Source: Octopus sinensis (taxonomy: Eukaryota). From it: DNA of 64,000 nt. How positions within the stretch are numbered: position 1 is the first letter of the stretch; the number at the start of each line of letters is the position of its first letter. A model generated the notes under the pieces. That model saw nothing but the letters and a program-made list of their open reading frames with translations. It did no database searches and had not been told where the DNA came from. Both the position numbers and the translations under genes were made by a program. The DNA lies in the NCBI RefSeq assembly GCF_006345805.1, contig NC_043003.1:73222001-73286000 (forward strand). The letters run 5' to 3'. Below are positions 52,263 through 64,000 of the stretch, one piece after another.

Positions 52263-52339
52263 CTACGTCAGGCTGCTACTGTTTATGTGTTGCGGTCCCG
52301 CCTATTCTCGTCAGAGGGTGTCGTACTCTCACCACAACA
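52263..52339 (-). mobile_element. Possible LTR terminus (TGTTGTGGTG...)
   Basis: Minus strand begins TGTTGTGGTGAGAG at ~52339, in the same orientation as and upstream of the Gypsy integrase. No matching second LTR seen. Confidence 0.3.
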
Positions 52340-52599
52340 TGTAGTAAGGCATTTTCTTCTATGAAACAGCCAATGAAAATAGTATTCTAAATGCTCTATA
52401 GCATTAGTTTTTCAATGCTCTTCTTTGTCTAGTGTTATTACACAGCTGGAAATATAAATATTCGTAGTAATATGATAATGGCTACTATTTTAAAAAATAT
52501 TCGGCGTGATAGAAGTCCAGAAGGTTACAAGTACTTTTAAAATATTTTAGAATTATTGACATACTCTCTGAGGTCCGCAACTAAATCGATAACCTTTAT

Positions 52600-54200
52600 A
52601 ACAATGTCTATCTGTGGAAGTGCGATCTTATTGTTTATTCACAGTGATAATTACTGATGCAAAAATTGCTCTTTTAAATAAATACCGGTGGTAATAAATA
52701 TTTGACCTTAGGTTGTTGACTGGTGAAACCGTTATATTAATTAAATCTATACCTAAATAATTATACTTATCAAAGAATATTTCCTACCTCAAAGTTTTAA
52801 AATACCTTAAGCCAATTCTGGAGATTAATCATCGCTCAAAAGGCTGTGAAGTACATTTATATCGTGTCTCTAGGAATAAGATGAATTCAAGTATCTTTTA
52901 ACTTGGCTTTTTTAGGGCCTCTTAAAATTACTGAATGTGAAGTTCTGCTAGCGCAATCGATGCGCTATTAATAAATTAGAATTGTTTTGTTTTGCCATCA
53001 TGTTCTTATTCTCCACAAATCATATACCAGCACTTTAATACATGGTGTATCCCAAATATTTTGCTAAAATTACAAACTTGCCTGTAAGTATTGGCTAAAT
53101 TCACGAATTTAGAAGTAGAATTTGTTATTTTTGGTTCCTGAAATAAATTAGCAGCAGCATCTAAAGAAACATTAGCGAACCCGCTTTTCGTTTCTATTGC
53201 TGCAATTTGGTAAGCTGAAGCTTTAAAGGAATGTTATTTTTTTATAGTTCCTAAAAGTATATCTAGAAAACTGTCCCTTTCTCTCATAATAAAATATCTC
53301 GAGTAGCCATAATTTTTTTGTTTTGATGCGGCAGGAAATGTATTTTAATATATTATTAAATTATCGAATTCACTGACACCATTACCTTTTAAAGCACGAA
53401 ATATTACGTTGTAGATATCATCATTATATTATATTTTATCTTACTGCTAGGATATTACTGCTCGATTTAATGTTTCTAGTTTTCAGCATACTCATTTCTT
53501 TACTTCACCCATATTCATACTGAGTTGCCTAAACAACTTTTTCAATGCAGGTTAGTGGCGTTCTGAAGCGTTTTCATGTGCACATATCTCACAATTGCGT
53601 ATAAAAGAACAAACCAAATGCGAATATTGTTAAAGAAGCTGACTCGAATAATCAGCAAATCACGTTAGAATTTTCTGAAGTAATATTTAAAAATTTTGTT
53701 ATATAAAAGCGTCATCCGCTTCGATTGCCGAAAAACAAGAGATGTTGTTTGAATTTACTTTTTATCGAAATTATCTCACATGAACTTTGTTTTTCAGAAG
53801 AATTTCTTGTGGAATTAAAATAACTTCTAACGTTCTAGTGGGAAAGGTTTCCTGGAGATATTTTGCTTTTCGTGAATGTTACATATTGAGGGTATGCAAC
53901 AATTATTTCGGTAAATTCTTTAGGGATCAATTTGTGCCATTATGCGTCCCTCCTCTATAAATGTTGGTGTAAAGCCACTTGTTTTGAAAGTTGTTGCTCC
54001 AAATAATATCATCTGAAAAAGTGCAATTGTCTGCTTGATGTTTTGCTTTGGTTTTAAAAAGGATTCTGACTCTCCTGTGGTGCCTAAAAAAAGAATCATT
54101 ATAAGCTCTACTGGAGCAATTATAGGTGAATGAACATTCCCATTAGAAAAACACATGATTAACGACTACCTTCTTGTTCCACTTTCTATCACAATACTTA
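52600..54200 (-). mobile_element. Second, more decayed Helitron Rep remnant
   Basis: CFSNGNVHSP..LFLGTTGESESFL..FQMILFGAT..SGFTPTF (53920-54156) matches the Helitron CCSNGKV..FQMTSFGA..GFMPTF block; weaker traces extend toward 52600. Confidence 0.75.
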
Positions 54201-54669
54201 CCACCCGTTTTGCACCCAGCACAAAGATATAATTATTTCAAATGTATAAGTATTACTAATATAACACTTAACCACAATACCAAACCATGACAATTGTCTC
54301 TACATTTTCTCCTCATGTTCTCTGCTAGACTGAGATTTAAGAATACGTTCGTTGTTCTTCTATAGCTTTTCTTTTTTATTTCATTGTCTTTGTAATTTTA
54401 AATTTCCTTCATTTATGATCTATTTTTATCTTTGTTAATTTCAATACGTTTCCCTAAATATCAGCAATCACATTTCTCTACATTCGTCGTTTGCTTAGCC
54501 TAAAGCTTCTTCCGTGTAAATAATTACATGCATTTGTATACATATATACATATATACATACAGACACGCATAAATATAAGTATATGTTTTTCTTACATGC
54601 ATGTAAGAAAAAAGAAGTGATCGGAAATGGAGAAATAGAGAATGTGATTTTTGAAGGAAAGTGCGAAAA

Positions 54670-54777
<108 letters not shown>

Positions 54778-54994
54778 TAGCAGCTGTGTGCATGTGTTTG
54801 GCTCATGTGGGTGATGTATTCGTGAGGTAGTGCAGATAAGTTAACAACAGTAGTTAGATTTGGTTTTGAGAGTTGAGGTAAGGTATATTTGTGTGCATAG
54901 GTGTTGCTGTATGTGTGCCGTAAGTATGCATGTTGTAGGGAGGTATAAATTATGTATGTAGGTATGTCGAAGTATGCGGAAGATATATATATGT

Positions 54995-55332
54995 ATATAT
55001 ACCAATCAATGCCCCCTTCGGTCATGAATGACCATGGGATGCACTGAGAAAGTTCCCCTCTGAGACACAAGTCTCGACACGGTTGTTTTTTTTATGGAAG
55101 ACTAGCTATAAGTATCTCCCCTACTCCACGCAACCGATGTTATTCAAAGGAAAGCTAAAGGACGATACAGCTTGGCACCAGTGACGTCGCAACCCATTTC
55201 TACAGCTGAGTGAACTGGAGCAACAGGAAATAGTGTATCTTGCTCAAGAACACAACACACATTTCTGTCCGGGAACTGTACTCACTAACTAGTGATTGTT
55301 AGCCCGACGCTCTAACCACTGAGTATATGCAT
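54995..55332 (-). mobile_element. tRNA-derived SINE (second family)
   Basis: Minus-strand head CTCAGTGGTTAGAGCGTCGGGCTAACAATC..GTGAGTACAGTTCCCGG (A/B-box-like); body TTCTACAGCTGAGTGAACTGGAGCAAC..CTTGCTCAAGAACACAACAC. Confidence 0.8.
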
Positions 55333-56494
55333 CTGCGTATACTTATACATATATACACATGTGTGAATATGTGTATATATATATGGTTAGATTTTGTTAC
55401 GGAAATCTTCAGGACTAAGTTATATAATTGAAATTCCGTCAACTGACACACACATTGCATATAACCACTTTCACTCATTCAGCGAAATATGTAAAATAGT
55501 TATTTTGGCTGGTAGTGCTATTGTGTATCAACATTGGCGGTAATAGGGTAATGTACGACCAACACGCCGAAAAGTGAACTCTACTTCAAACCCCAGTCTA
55601 AAGCCTCGAGCATTGAAGGATATGTCGTATAATGAAGATTTAGACATTCAGTTCCCCCCAAAGAAGAAAAAAAAAACACGAAACGTAATGGTCATATCTG
55701 GAACACTTTTGAATGTAGATATTTCTAGTTAGAGCTCATTTGTTGCAAAACAATAAACATCATTTTCTGCAATGTTTCCAATACATGTAGGCACAATCTC
55801 CTACAAACACACGGACAAGAATTACTCACACATACACGCACACAGAGACATAGACAATCTGTAAAACATTCACAGTTATGTACACTCACACAACCACATC
55901 TAATACTTGTTATGTTGTAGAGCTGCCACTGCTAGACATTTAAACACAGACAGTATGGCTAGTGATTACATCACCATCAAATAGAAATAACTATGTTACT
56001 TTTTTATTTAAAATCATGTAACACTTGAAATGTCAGGAAAGAACTATAATTTTAAACTTTAATATTTTCAATTAAATATTTTCTTGTTTTCTATGCGTTT
56101 TTTTCGAATCAAAAATCTTACATTTTATTGAATACAAAGAGAAAAAAAAATAAATAAAAATTAACAAAGTACAAATTAACAGACAATACTATCAATATAG
56201 TAAACACGTTTATTGAGGTGTTGTGCCTGAGGTAGAAATCAATAAAAGAATACATAGCAGAGCCAATAGAATAGTCAAAATCGACGGAATTCTAATATTT
56301 CAATATTACCAATGTGATGTTTGATGTTTACGCCAGTTGTCTTAACAGCAAGCGCTATGACTATAATTATATATATTTAAATAGTCTCGCAGAATCTTGC
56401 TTCTGAATTTTCAACAGACAGAAAAAAACTAATATGTATACATAAACATATAAAAATTGCTATACACACACAACTATAAACACACACACACATA

Positions 56495-56640
56495 TGGGGC
56501 CAAGTACGGCTGTTGCGTTAAGACGCTCGCTTTGCAGCCACGAGATTTTGGATTCATTCCCAGTATAAGGTATCTTAATTTGCGCAAGTCTCGTCTGCTC
56601 TAAACCCAATTCGACCAATACGTTATAGAGAAAAACTGCC
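56495..56640 (+). mobile_element. Decayed SINE head fragment
   Basis: GGCTGTTGCGTTAAGACGCTCGCTTTGCAGCCACG..GGATTCATTCCCA resembles the major SINE head. Confidence 0.5.
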
Positions 56641-58284
56641 CAGAAACCCCTCTCTCTCTCTCCCTCTCTCCCTCTCTCCCCCTCTCTCTCTTATGTACAT
56701 ACGTCCACGCACATATATACATATACACAGATCTGCAAACAGATACATATAAACATAGTAACATACCTATACTTATTCAATCTTGTGCCTCTGTCAGTAG
56801 CCACCTAATTTTCACCATTCACAGTATCACTTTATCAGGCCACTAGTGATAGCCGCGTGTAAGGTTTTTTTTTTTATATCGGAGAGTATTATATAGTAAA
56901 GAAGTATGCAGAACCATGGTCATGATGAAATGATTTGAAAGATATATTTATTAATGAAACTTACACATTTATGTTTAATGATTGATATTTAATAGTCACA
57001 CTGACATATAAGAACTGGAACTCAGTGCGCAAATTAGGGAATGATATTTCATAATTTTTTTAACTGTGAAGGAACACTAGTGAACCAAAGGCCAAGAGTT
57101 TTGTGCATAGCTGTTAAGATTTCGATAAGGGCTATGTGAAAAGGAGTCGGCTCTTGTGCCATTTAAGCTATATTTCATCTAATAGGTATTACAGAATCAA
57201 CCACAAGAGAAACAGGCAAATTAGAATCGTAAAGAAATGCACGCACACACTCTCCTTCACACACATACATATACACCCCGGGCAAACTAGTGAAGACTAC
57301 TGAATCTTCCAATGAGTGCCATCACCAAGTCCAGAGCCTTAACATATTTATATACACCACCCATATCTTTAACAAAATGAAGAAAACAACATAAAAATGA
57401 TTAAGCCGCAGCACTGCTCCGGTGGAACAAACTGAAACGAAATAAATAAAGGAAAATAAGCAAATTTAATGTAAAAATCTCATGAAAAACAGTTCCTGAA
57501 ACTTTATCAAAAAAAAACAGTTTTATGAAAGATTCAGCAAATGGATGACCTTTTCAAAAAAGTTTCTTCAATACAGCCAACAAATAACGACAGTCTGAAT
57601 GACTGGAACTCTTCCGCAGTGGTAGTAGCATTGAGTTAAAGGAGATTTGCTCCTAATAGAGATAAATCCTCAACTAAAAGCCTGAAAAGGAAAACAAAGA
57701 AAATGCATAAAATAGAAGGAAGATTAAGTCATCTTCTCTGTAATGAATATGTCTTTATGTCATAGAAAAAGAGGAAAAAAACTATTGATAAAAACAAATT
57801 CAATCCAGAAATAGAAACAAATGAAAGCACATCAACCCAATCATTGAGTATAAGAGGTTATAACAATCGTAAATACTTTATCGAGAAACATGTATCCTAA
57901 TGAAATATTAAAGGGTTCAACAACCACATTAACAAAAATAAATGACATTAACACTTGAAGGGACATCAAGCACCAACAAAAATGCACGATACTTCAAGGA
58001 TATATGAAAGCAATCATCAAATGAAAATATAGGGTGAGTTGGGAGAGAAAATACATAAAAATAATACAAAAGGATATTGCAAGCATGAACTAACATTCAC
58101 GCAAAAGATTCACTCGCATAATGAGAATTGTATTATAGAATGTTCTCAATTTCAGTTTGAAGCACATGGCCATTACACAACAGCATTTAATGACGTGATA
58201 AACAGTGCGAAATCACCGCTTGATTGGGTAGTGATGAAAATGTGGGGATCTAAATTTCAAAAATAAAATGCTGCTGAGTACCTA

Positions 58285-58579
58285 CAAGGTAATATCACAA
58301 TGTTCCCGGACGAGTTCTGTAGCGCGCCAACGAATGGCAGCACGCGGATGCGTGCGTAGTGAGTGCTAGCAGTGACCTTCCTTACCGTTTTTTCGACATT
58401 CGCGGTATTGCACATCGAAAATTTGCTCCCAGGGCCAGACCGTCAATCGAGAATTTTACTGTGGCGTTTTGAAGCGTTTGAGGTAATTACTTCGAAGAAG
58501 ATGTTAAAACTTGAGTAAAAAAGTTATTTAAAAAAAAAATCAAATATAACTAGTCCGGGCACCTTTTCATACGAACTCG
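58285..58579 (+). mobile_element. Mariner deletion derivative (295 bp) with both TIRs and TA duplication
   Basis: TA|CAAGGTAATATCACAATGTTCCCGGACGAGT ... ACTAGTCCGGGCACCTTTTCATACGAACTCG|TA; internal LTVFFDIRGI.H..F.P.GQTVNREFYC.VLKRL. Confidence 0.88.
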
Positions 58580-58620
58580 TACTGAAACACAAGCAGCAAA
58601 TGCAAAAGCGTCTATCATGT

Positions 58621-58688
58621 TTATTTTGGATAATCAATCCAGTTCTCCTTTGCGTTTCTAAGTGCGGAGTTGTCGAGAAGTTTGTCTA
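58621..58688 (-). CDS. Candidate terminal coding exon (xDKLLDNSALRNAKENWIDYPK*)
   Basis: Minus-strand acceptor TTATCTTCCTTTGCATGTAACTCTATTTTCAG|TA followed by 21 sense codons and TAA. Protein not recognised; no upstream exon linked. Confidence 0.25.
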
Positions 58689-58950
58689 CTGAAAATAGAG
58701 TTACATGCAAAGGAAGATAACAGGTATCAATACATTCACATTTCAAATAATAATTTACATATTTCAAAACGGGAAGCAAAATTAGAGAAAAAAGAGAAAG
58801 AATGAATACTCAAAACAAATTTTAATGAGTACACACACACACACACGCATATGTATGTATGTGTGTATGTATGTATGTATGTATGTGTGTATATATGTGT
58901 GTATGTACGTGCGTATATATATAAGAATATGTGTGTGTATATCTCTCTCT

Positions 58951-59350
58951 CTTTTTACTCTTTTACTTGTTTCAGTCATTTGACTGCGGCCATGCTGGAG
59001 CACCGCCTTTAATCGAGCAACTCTACCCCAAGACTTATTCTTTGTAATCCCAGTGCTTATTCTATCGGTCTCTTTTGCCGCTAAGTGACGGGAATATAAA
59101 CACACCAGCATCGGTTGTCAAGCAATGCTTGGGGGACAAACACAAACATACACGCACACACATATATACATATATATATACATATATACGACGGGCTTCT
59201 TTCAGTTTCCGTCTACCAAATCCACTCACAAGGCTTTGGTCGGCCCGAGGCTATAGTAGAAGACACTTGCCCAAGGTGCCACGCAGTGGGACTAAACCCA
59301 GAACCATGTGGTTGGTAAACTAGCTACATACCACACAGGCACTCCTGTGC
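58951..59350 (-). mobile_element. Full-length major tRNA-derived SINE
   Basis: CTTTTACTTGTTTCAGTCATTTGACTGCGGCCATGCTGGAGCACCGCC..CGACGGGCTTCTTTCAGTTTCCGTCTACCAAATCCACTCACAAGGC..GCAGTGGGACT..CCATGTGGTTGG. Confidence 0.92.
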
Positions 59351-59560
59351 ATATGTATGCATATTTATATATGTATGCATATTTATATATCACGAACATA
59401 GAAAGCTAGGATACACGGCAACTAGAAAATAATAGTAAAATATCCAAATTAGGATGTTTTTCAAACCTAAAAAAGCTACTTTGAAGAATTTAATTCTAAA
59501 ACGATATGAAATAAATCAAGCAGATGGCCAACCGACAAATGTTCCACTATTGGCTGAAGA

Positions 59561-59908
59561 CACCAACATCGGTTGTCAAGCGACGCTGGAAGCACAAACA
59601 CACACACAAATACATGCTTACATATATATATGTATATATATATATATATATAATATATATATATATATAATATATATACATGTATATATACAGATGTATA
59701 TACATATATATATATATATATACATATGTATATACATATATATATCTGCAACGGGCTTCTTTCAGTTTCCGTCTACCAAATCTACTCACAAGGCTTTGGT
59801 CAGCCCGAATTTATAGAAGACACTAACCCAAGTGTTACGCAGTGGGACTGAACCCGGTACCATGTGGTTGAGAAACAAGCTTCTTACTACGCAGTTTACT
59901 CCTGTGCC
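59561..59908 (-). mobile_element. Major SINE, partial, with expanded internal (TA)n
   Basis: CACCAACATCGGTTGTCAAGCG..ACGGGCTTCTTTCAGTTTCCGTCTACC..GCAGTGGGACTGAACCC..CATGTGGTTG..CAAGCTTCTTAC. Confidence 0.88.
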
Positions 59909-60555
59909 TATATATATTATTCAAAGACAAAACACACACACACACACACATCTTATAGAGAAATACAGTCTGCTAGGCACTGTGCATGTATTACGTAGTA
60001 CATCCCACCCACTGGAACAGACAATCATGCAAACAGTTAACACTGCACATGCCCAAGGCACGTAGAGCTGTGTCGTTTGTGCATTGAACGTACGAAGTAA
60101 ATAGACTACAGAAATGCTAATAACCAGTTTTTATTAAATGAAATTATTATAATTATTATTATTATTAATTTTATTTTTGTTATTTCTATTTAATATGTGC
60201 AGCAGCAACACTAATAATAATAGTAGTAGTGGTGGTGGTGGTAACAATAACACGTTTGTTTTCTTCAATATATTATTAAAAATAAAAGAAAAGCATTTCC
60301 TTCACGCTTTTCTCTGCTACTACTGCGAACGTAATAAATATTGTTAAACATTCTCGGCGGTAATTTCCATAAATATATTTTTATTATTAAAATTCAGACG
60401 CAATAGGAACAAAATGAAAAATAAACTTAAATAGAAAGAAATTTCTAAAATTCCATATTGTCATAATTCTCGCCTAAATATATTTATTATTATAGCTGCA
60501 GAATACATACACACATATAGATAAATACATGCATACGTACATACATAATACATGC

Positions 60556-60586
<31 letters not shown>

Positions 60587-60947
60587 ATATAAACGAATAC
60601 ACACACGCAAAAAGAGAGAGAAAAAAACATTGCTTAAGCTATGAGGATGCGGAGCATTGAACAATGCTATCAATATGTTGCCTGCTGAAGCTGAAACTTT
60701 TACAGTTTGCACGTTCTTAATCTTCACTTCGCAACCGCGGTGTATTCGAGGCTAAGATAGAAAACAATCTGTTGTAATGGTAATGGGTACAATACTAATC
60801 TGAAGTAATGATTTGAACCATCAGACATGTATGAAAGATTTATAAATAGCGAGAGAAAATCTACTGAATCACTTTAGTGTTAGCTAATGTGACGTCTCAG
60901 TCTGCTCATTATTTTTGTTGGTATATACGATAGCGCAGCTATGGATA

Positions 60948-60989
<42 letters not shown>

Positions 60990-61538
60990 ATGATTATTAT
61001 TCAAAAGAAAACATATTTACTATGGACTCCTGGTACAGCATGCTCAATGATATACAGTAACCGGCCAAAGTTAGCTGCAGTATGCCTACACACAGTCGCG
61101 GACTAGTTCTAAAGGTATTGGTTGTCAAGAGACAACTATAATACTATCTTTTAATTTTTCTTTTCTTTTTGTTAAAAGTATTATTTTCAACTGTTTAGAA
61201 ACACAACTAGGCAGAAATAATTAATGCATTCTTTCAGGAGTGAATAAAAAAATTCTCAAACTTGAGGTGATGGTCCCCATAGATACTATCATGTACCCTC
61301 ATATACGGATTCTAATGGCGCAGGGGTCCACTTGCCATCGGGCAAGCTGGCAACTTGGCCAGTCTGTCACTGCCTACACATATAATCAGACCATCATCAT
61401 TTGAAGCGTATTTATAAAAAAATGTTATTAAAGAATACCCACACCTGGGAAAATTATGAGAAAACAAAGTCGGTGGGACACCAGTGCTTCAACATAAGTA
61501 TCTTTGAATATAATTTTTTTAACATGTATGTTTATTAA

Positions 61539-61996
61539 GGACCTGCGGTAAAGTTTGCGCAATAATATACAATAACCGGCTGGACTGGTGTGTTCATGAG
61601 CGGACTATAGATTTAGCGCATTGTGTAGAGTCTATAAGAATTTGTTTGTGAAAATATTTTTACAGGGGTAGTGTGAGGAGTTTCGGAGAATTCACGCGAT
61701 ACGCCTTCATTTTTATGATAACTATCAGAAAAATGGGTATTTTATCATGTGATTTTCAACAAATACCTTTTACAATATGTAGATTACAACTTTATCAGAA
61801 TGTAATATGAAAAGAATATTGGTAGGGCCCCGGGACTTGAAATTTCTAAAAAAAGAATTCTCCGAAACTCCTCACACTACCCCTGTAAAATATTTTCACA
61901 AACAAATTCTTATAGACTCTACACAATGCGCTAAATCTATAGTCCAGTCATGAACACACCAGTCCGGCCGGTTATTGTATATTATTGCGCAAACTT
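61539..61996. mobile_element. MITE/foldback element with ~143-bp near-identical arms; left end TTAA|GG (Kolobok-like, inferred), right end truncated
   Basis: 61551-61693 vs the reverse complement of 61855-61996: about 4 differences; 161-bp spacer; TTAA at 61535-61538 has no right-hand counterpart. Confidence 0.85.
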
Positions 61997-62211
61997 GAAT
62001 GCATCCACCACAAATGACACTATCACCAGGGCCTTAGAATAACAACCAAGCAAATATTGAAAAGGGCATATTCAAAATACTCATTTCGCATGAAATTATT
62101 CAGAACTACTCCAGTCACTACTATTGCAACCACAACCGGTCACTTTTATGTCACTTGCCCATATAAGTGGATTCCACCAACATCCTGCTACTGACATACC
62201 ACTCCCCCATT

Positions 62212-62238
62212 CTTCTTCTTCTTCTTCTTCTTCTTCTT
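62212..62238. repeat. (CTT)n microsatellite
   Basis: Direct reading of the sequence. Confidence 0.9.
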
Positions 62239-63369
62239 CACCTCAATTCTATACTACTACTGTTGCTTAAACAATCAAAGACAAGAATTCATCTCCAACT
62301 AGCTGTTGCTAACTATCTAGAACGCACAAACGTAAAAAAAAGATAGACAGAGACAGACAGAGAAAGGGGAATTTCTCTCGCATTTGAAAACTATGGAAAT
62401 ATAAAAAAAAAACACATTTTGATGTAATTTTTCCACAATTTAATTGTTTTTCATACATTACTCTAAGTTGAAAAACTCGCAAAGACTGAAACGGGTACTA
62501 AACTGTTCATGATAAAATTATTTTAGCATTTTCTACCTTGTCTTATATATATATATATATATACACACACACATATATCGCTTATATGTAATGCATACGC
62601 ACGCTTGCGCGTTCACACACATACCAATATGCATATACATGTACATATTTATGTGTGTGTATGTAAGCCTGTGTGTAATAATGTCTATGCATATATATTT
62701 GTGCAAATGTTCAAATTAGATAAAGGCAAGTGACGGCCAACAAAATCTATTAAGCTATAAACATATTATTCTCGAATGTTCCAACTTGCTAATTGCTTTC
62801 AATCAATTGCTTAACCTTGTGCCATCAGAGTTTGCTGTTTAGAGATTCAACTGCTGCAGGCAATATGTCAGTAATTTTGTTAATCTGAATATCAGCTTGT
62901 TTGTCTCTGTTTGCCTCATTTCATTTCAATTAGTTCTTTCCTTCTGTTGATCAATTTAATCACTACTACCACCTCAGCTACAAACATGCAGTCTTTATAA
63001 GCTGCCTTTTCTACATCAATTTTAGTGACCACTGCTCCTAGCACTGGTTGACCTCTTGACACCTTCAATCAAGATTACTTGATTGAACTCGACTCTCGTT
63101 CTCTCATCACCGTTAGTTTGTCGAAATACAAGCACGTAGCCCTTCGTTCAGAATACCGCCCGTGCCAATCGTGTAGTCAATTTGTGACTATAACAACAGT
63201 CACCTTCTACATACAAAACCATTAATAAAATGTATACAAAATAAATTTATACTTCTCCTAAGTTTCATTTAGAAGTCATTGAAGTTTGTGATGGGGACCC
63301 ACATCCAATATTATTATCAAATTTTGGCGCAAGGCAAGTAAGTCCGCAGTTGAATGTAAGGTGGTTACA

Positions 63370-63530
63370 ACGACCACAGTACTTAACTGGTACTTATTTT
63401 AGCGACTAGAAAAGGATGAAAGTCAAAGTCAACCTCGACGGAGTTCGCACTCAGAAAGTAAAGACGTACGAAACACCACTAACAATTTTGCCTGGCGTGG
63501 CAACGATTCTGTCAGCTCGCCACCTAAAAT
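63370..63530 (-). mobile_element. tRNA-derived SINE
   Basis: CAGTACTTAACTGGTACTTATTTT..GGATGAAAGTCAAAGTCAACCTCG..ACTCAGAA..GCAACGATTCTGTCAGCTCGCCACC. Confidence 0.82.
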
Positions 63531-63539
63531 CCACCCTAA

Positions 63540-63640
63540 AATCAGATTTTGATACAAGGCCAGCAAGTTCGGAAGAGGGGATAAGTCGGTCAAAGTGATC
63601 GCGGTGTTGACGTAATACTTATTTTATCGATCCCGAAAAC
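63540..63640 (-). mobile_element. SINE 3' fragment
   Basis: TTTTGATACAAGGCCAGCAAG..GGGATAAGTCG..TACTTATTTTATCGATCCCGAAA. Confidence 0.6.
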
Positions 63641-63765
63641 ACCCATACTGACGCTATTTTTTACTTCAGTTTCAACATTTCTGTATGCTCTGGATGTATA
63701 AAATACTACACGTGGTAATACGTTTTTAGGGGGTGTTCTATCCAAAATATGTTAGTTATTTGAGC

Positions 63766-63900
63766 TAAGGTGATGAGCTGTCAGAATAATTTGCATGCCG
63801 AGCAAAATTCTTAGGGGCATTTCGTATGTGAGTTCAAATTCAGCCGAAGTCAGGTTTTCCTTTCATCCTTTCAGGTCGATAAAATAAGTACCAGTCGAGC
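63766..63900 (+). mobile_element. tRNA-derived SINE
   Basis: AAGGTGATGAGCTGTCAGAAT..TGAGTTCAAATTCAGCCGAAGTC..CCTTTCATCCTTTCAGGTCGATAAAATAAGTACCAGT. Confidence 0.8.
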
Positions 63901-64000
63901 TATATATATATTTATAGTAAATGAGAGACGAAAGATGTAAGATACGGAATTTTTTATTAATCACTACAGTTGTTTTGACATATCTAGCATCGATCCCTCA

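Noticed and set aside
55270-55332. tRNA-like A/B boxes here and in other SINE heads
   Set aside because: No complete cloverleaf, and they are attached to SINE bodies, so not tRNA genes.
58039-58266. GEKIH..C..H..KIH pattern reminiscent of a C2H2 zinc finger
   Set aside because: Cys/His spacing does not fit C2H2 and there are no tandem linkers.
60600-60760. Minus-strand acceptor TTGTTTTCTATCTTAG followed by an open frame (PRIHRGCEVKIK..)
   Set aside because: No convincing donor, phase incompatible with the 58.6-kb candidate, and the frame runs into microsatellite.
62800-63200. Possible LTR-retrotransposon gag/PBS remnant on the minus strand
   Set aside because: Only vague composition cues (TGGCACG, coiled-coil-like peptide) with many stops; I cannot support a call.

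Overview
This is eukaryotic, AT-rich, microsatellite-dense DNA. The SINE families and repeat load suggest a coleoid cephalopod, probably Octopus; that is inferred from recall, not a search. I can find no intact host gene and no prokaryotic features (no CRISPR, rRNA or true tRNA). The window is mostly transposon debris: two Helitron Rep remnants plus non-autonomous Helitrons; two Tc1 copies (the intact-length one has DD36E spacing, Incomer-like); a maT-like and several mariner remnants; Penelope-like (PLE) RT, GIY-YIG and terminal fragments; R4-like and CR1-like LINE fragments; a Tx1/L1-like ORF1 fused to a Gypsy integrase; many tRNA-derived SINEs; and several long inverted repeats. Most ORF-track entries are microsatellite translations or antisense shadows of transposon genes. 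The most notable signal is five type-I hammerhead-ribozyme-like motifs (three well formed, two degenerate), all folded by eye. One sits in the loop of a ~283-bp hairpin, resembling a retrozyme or PLE terminus. A few isolated exon candidates are listed at low confidence.
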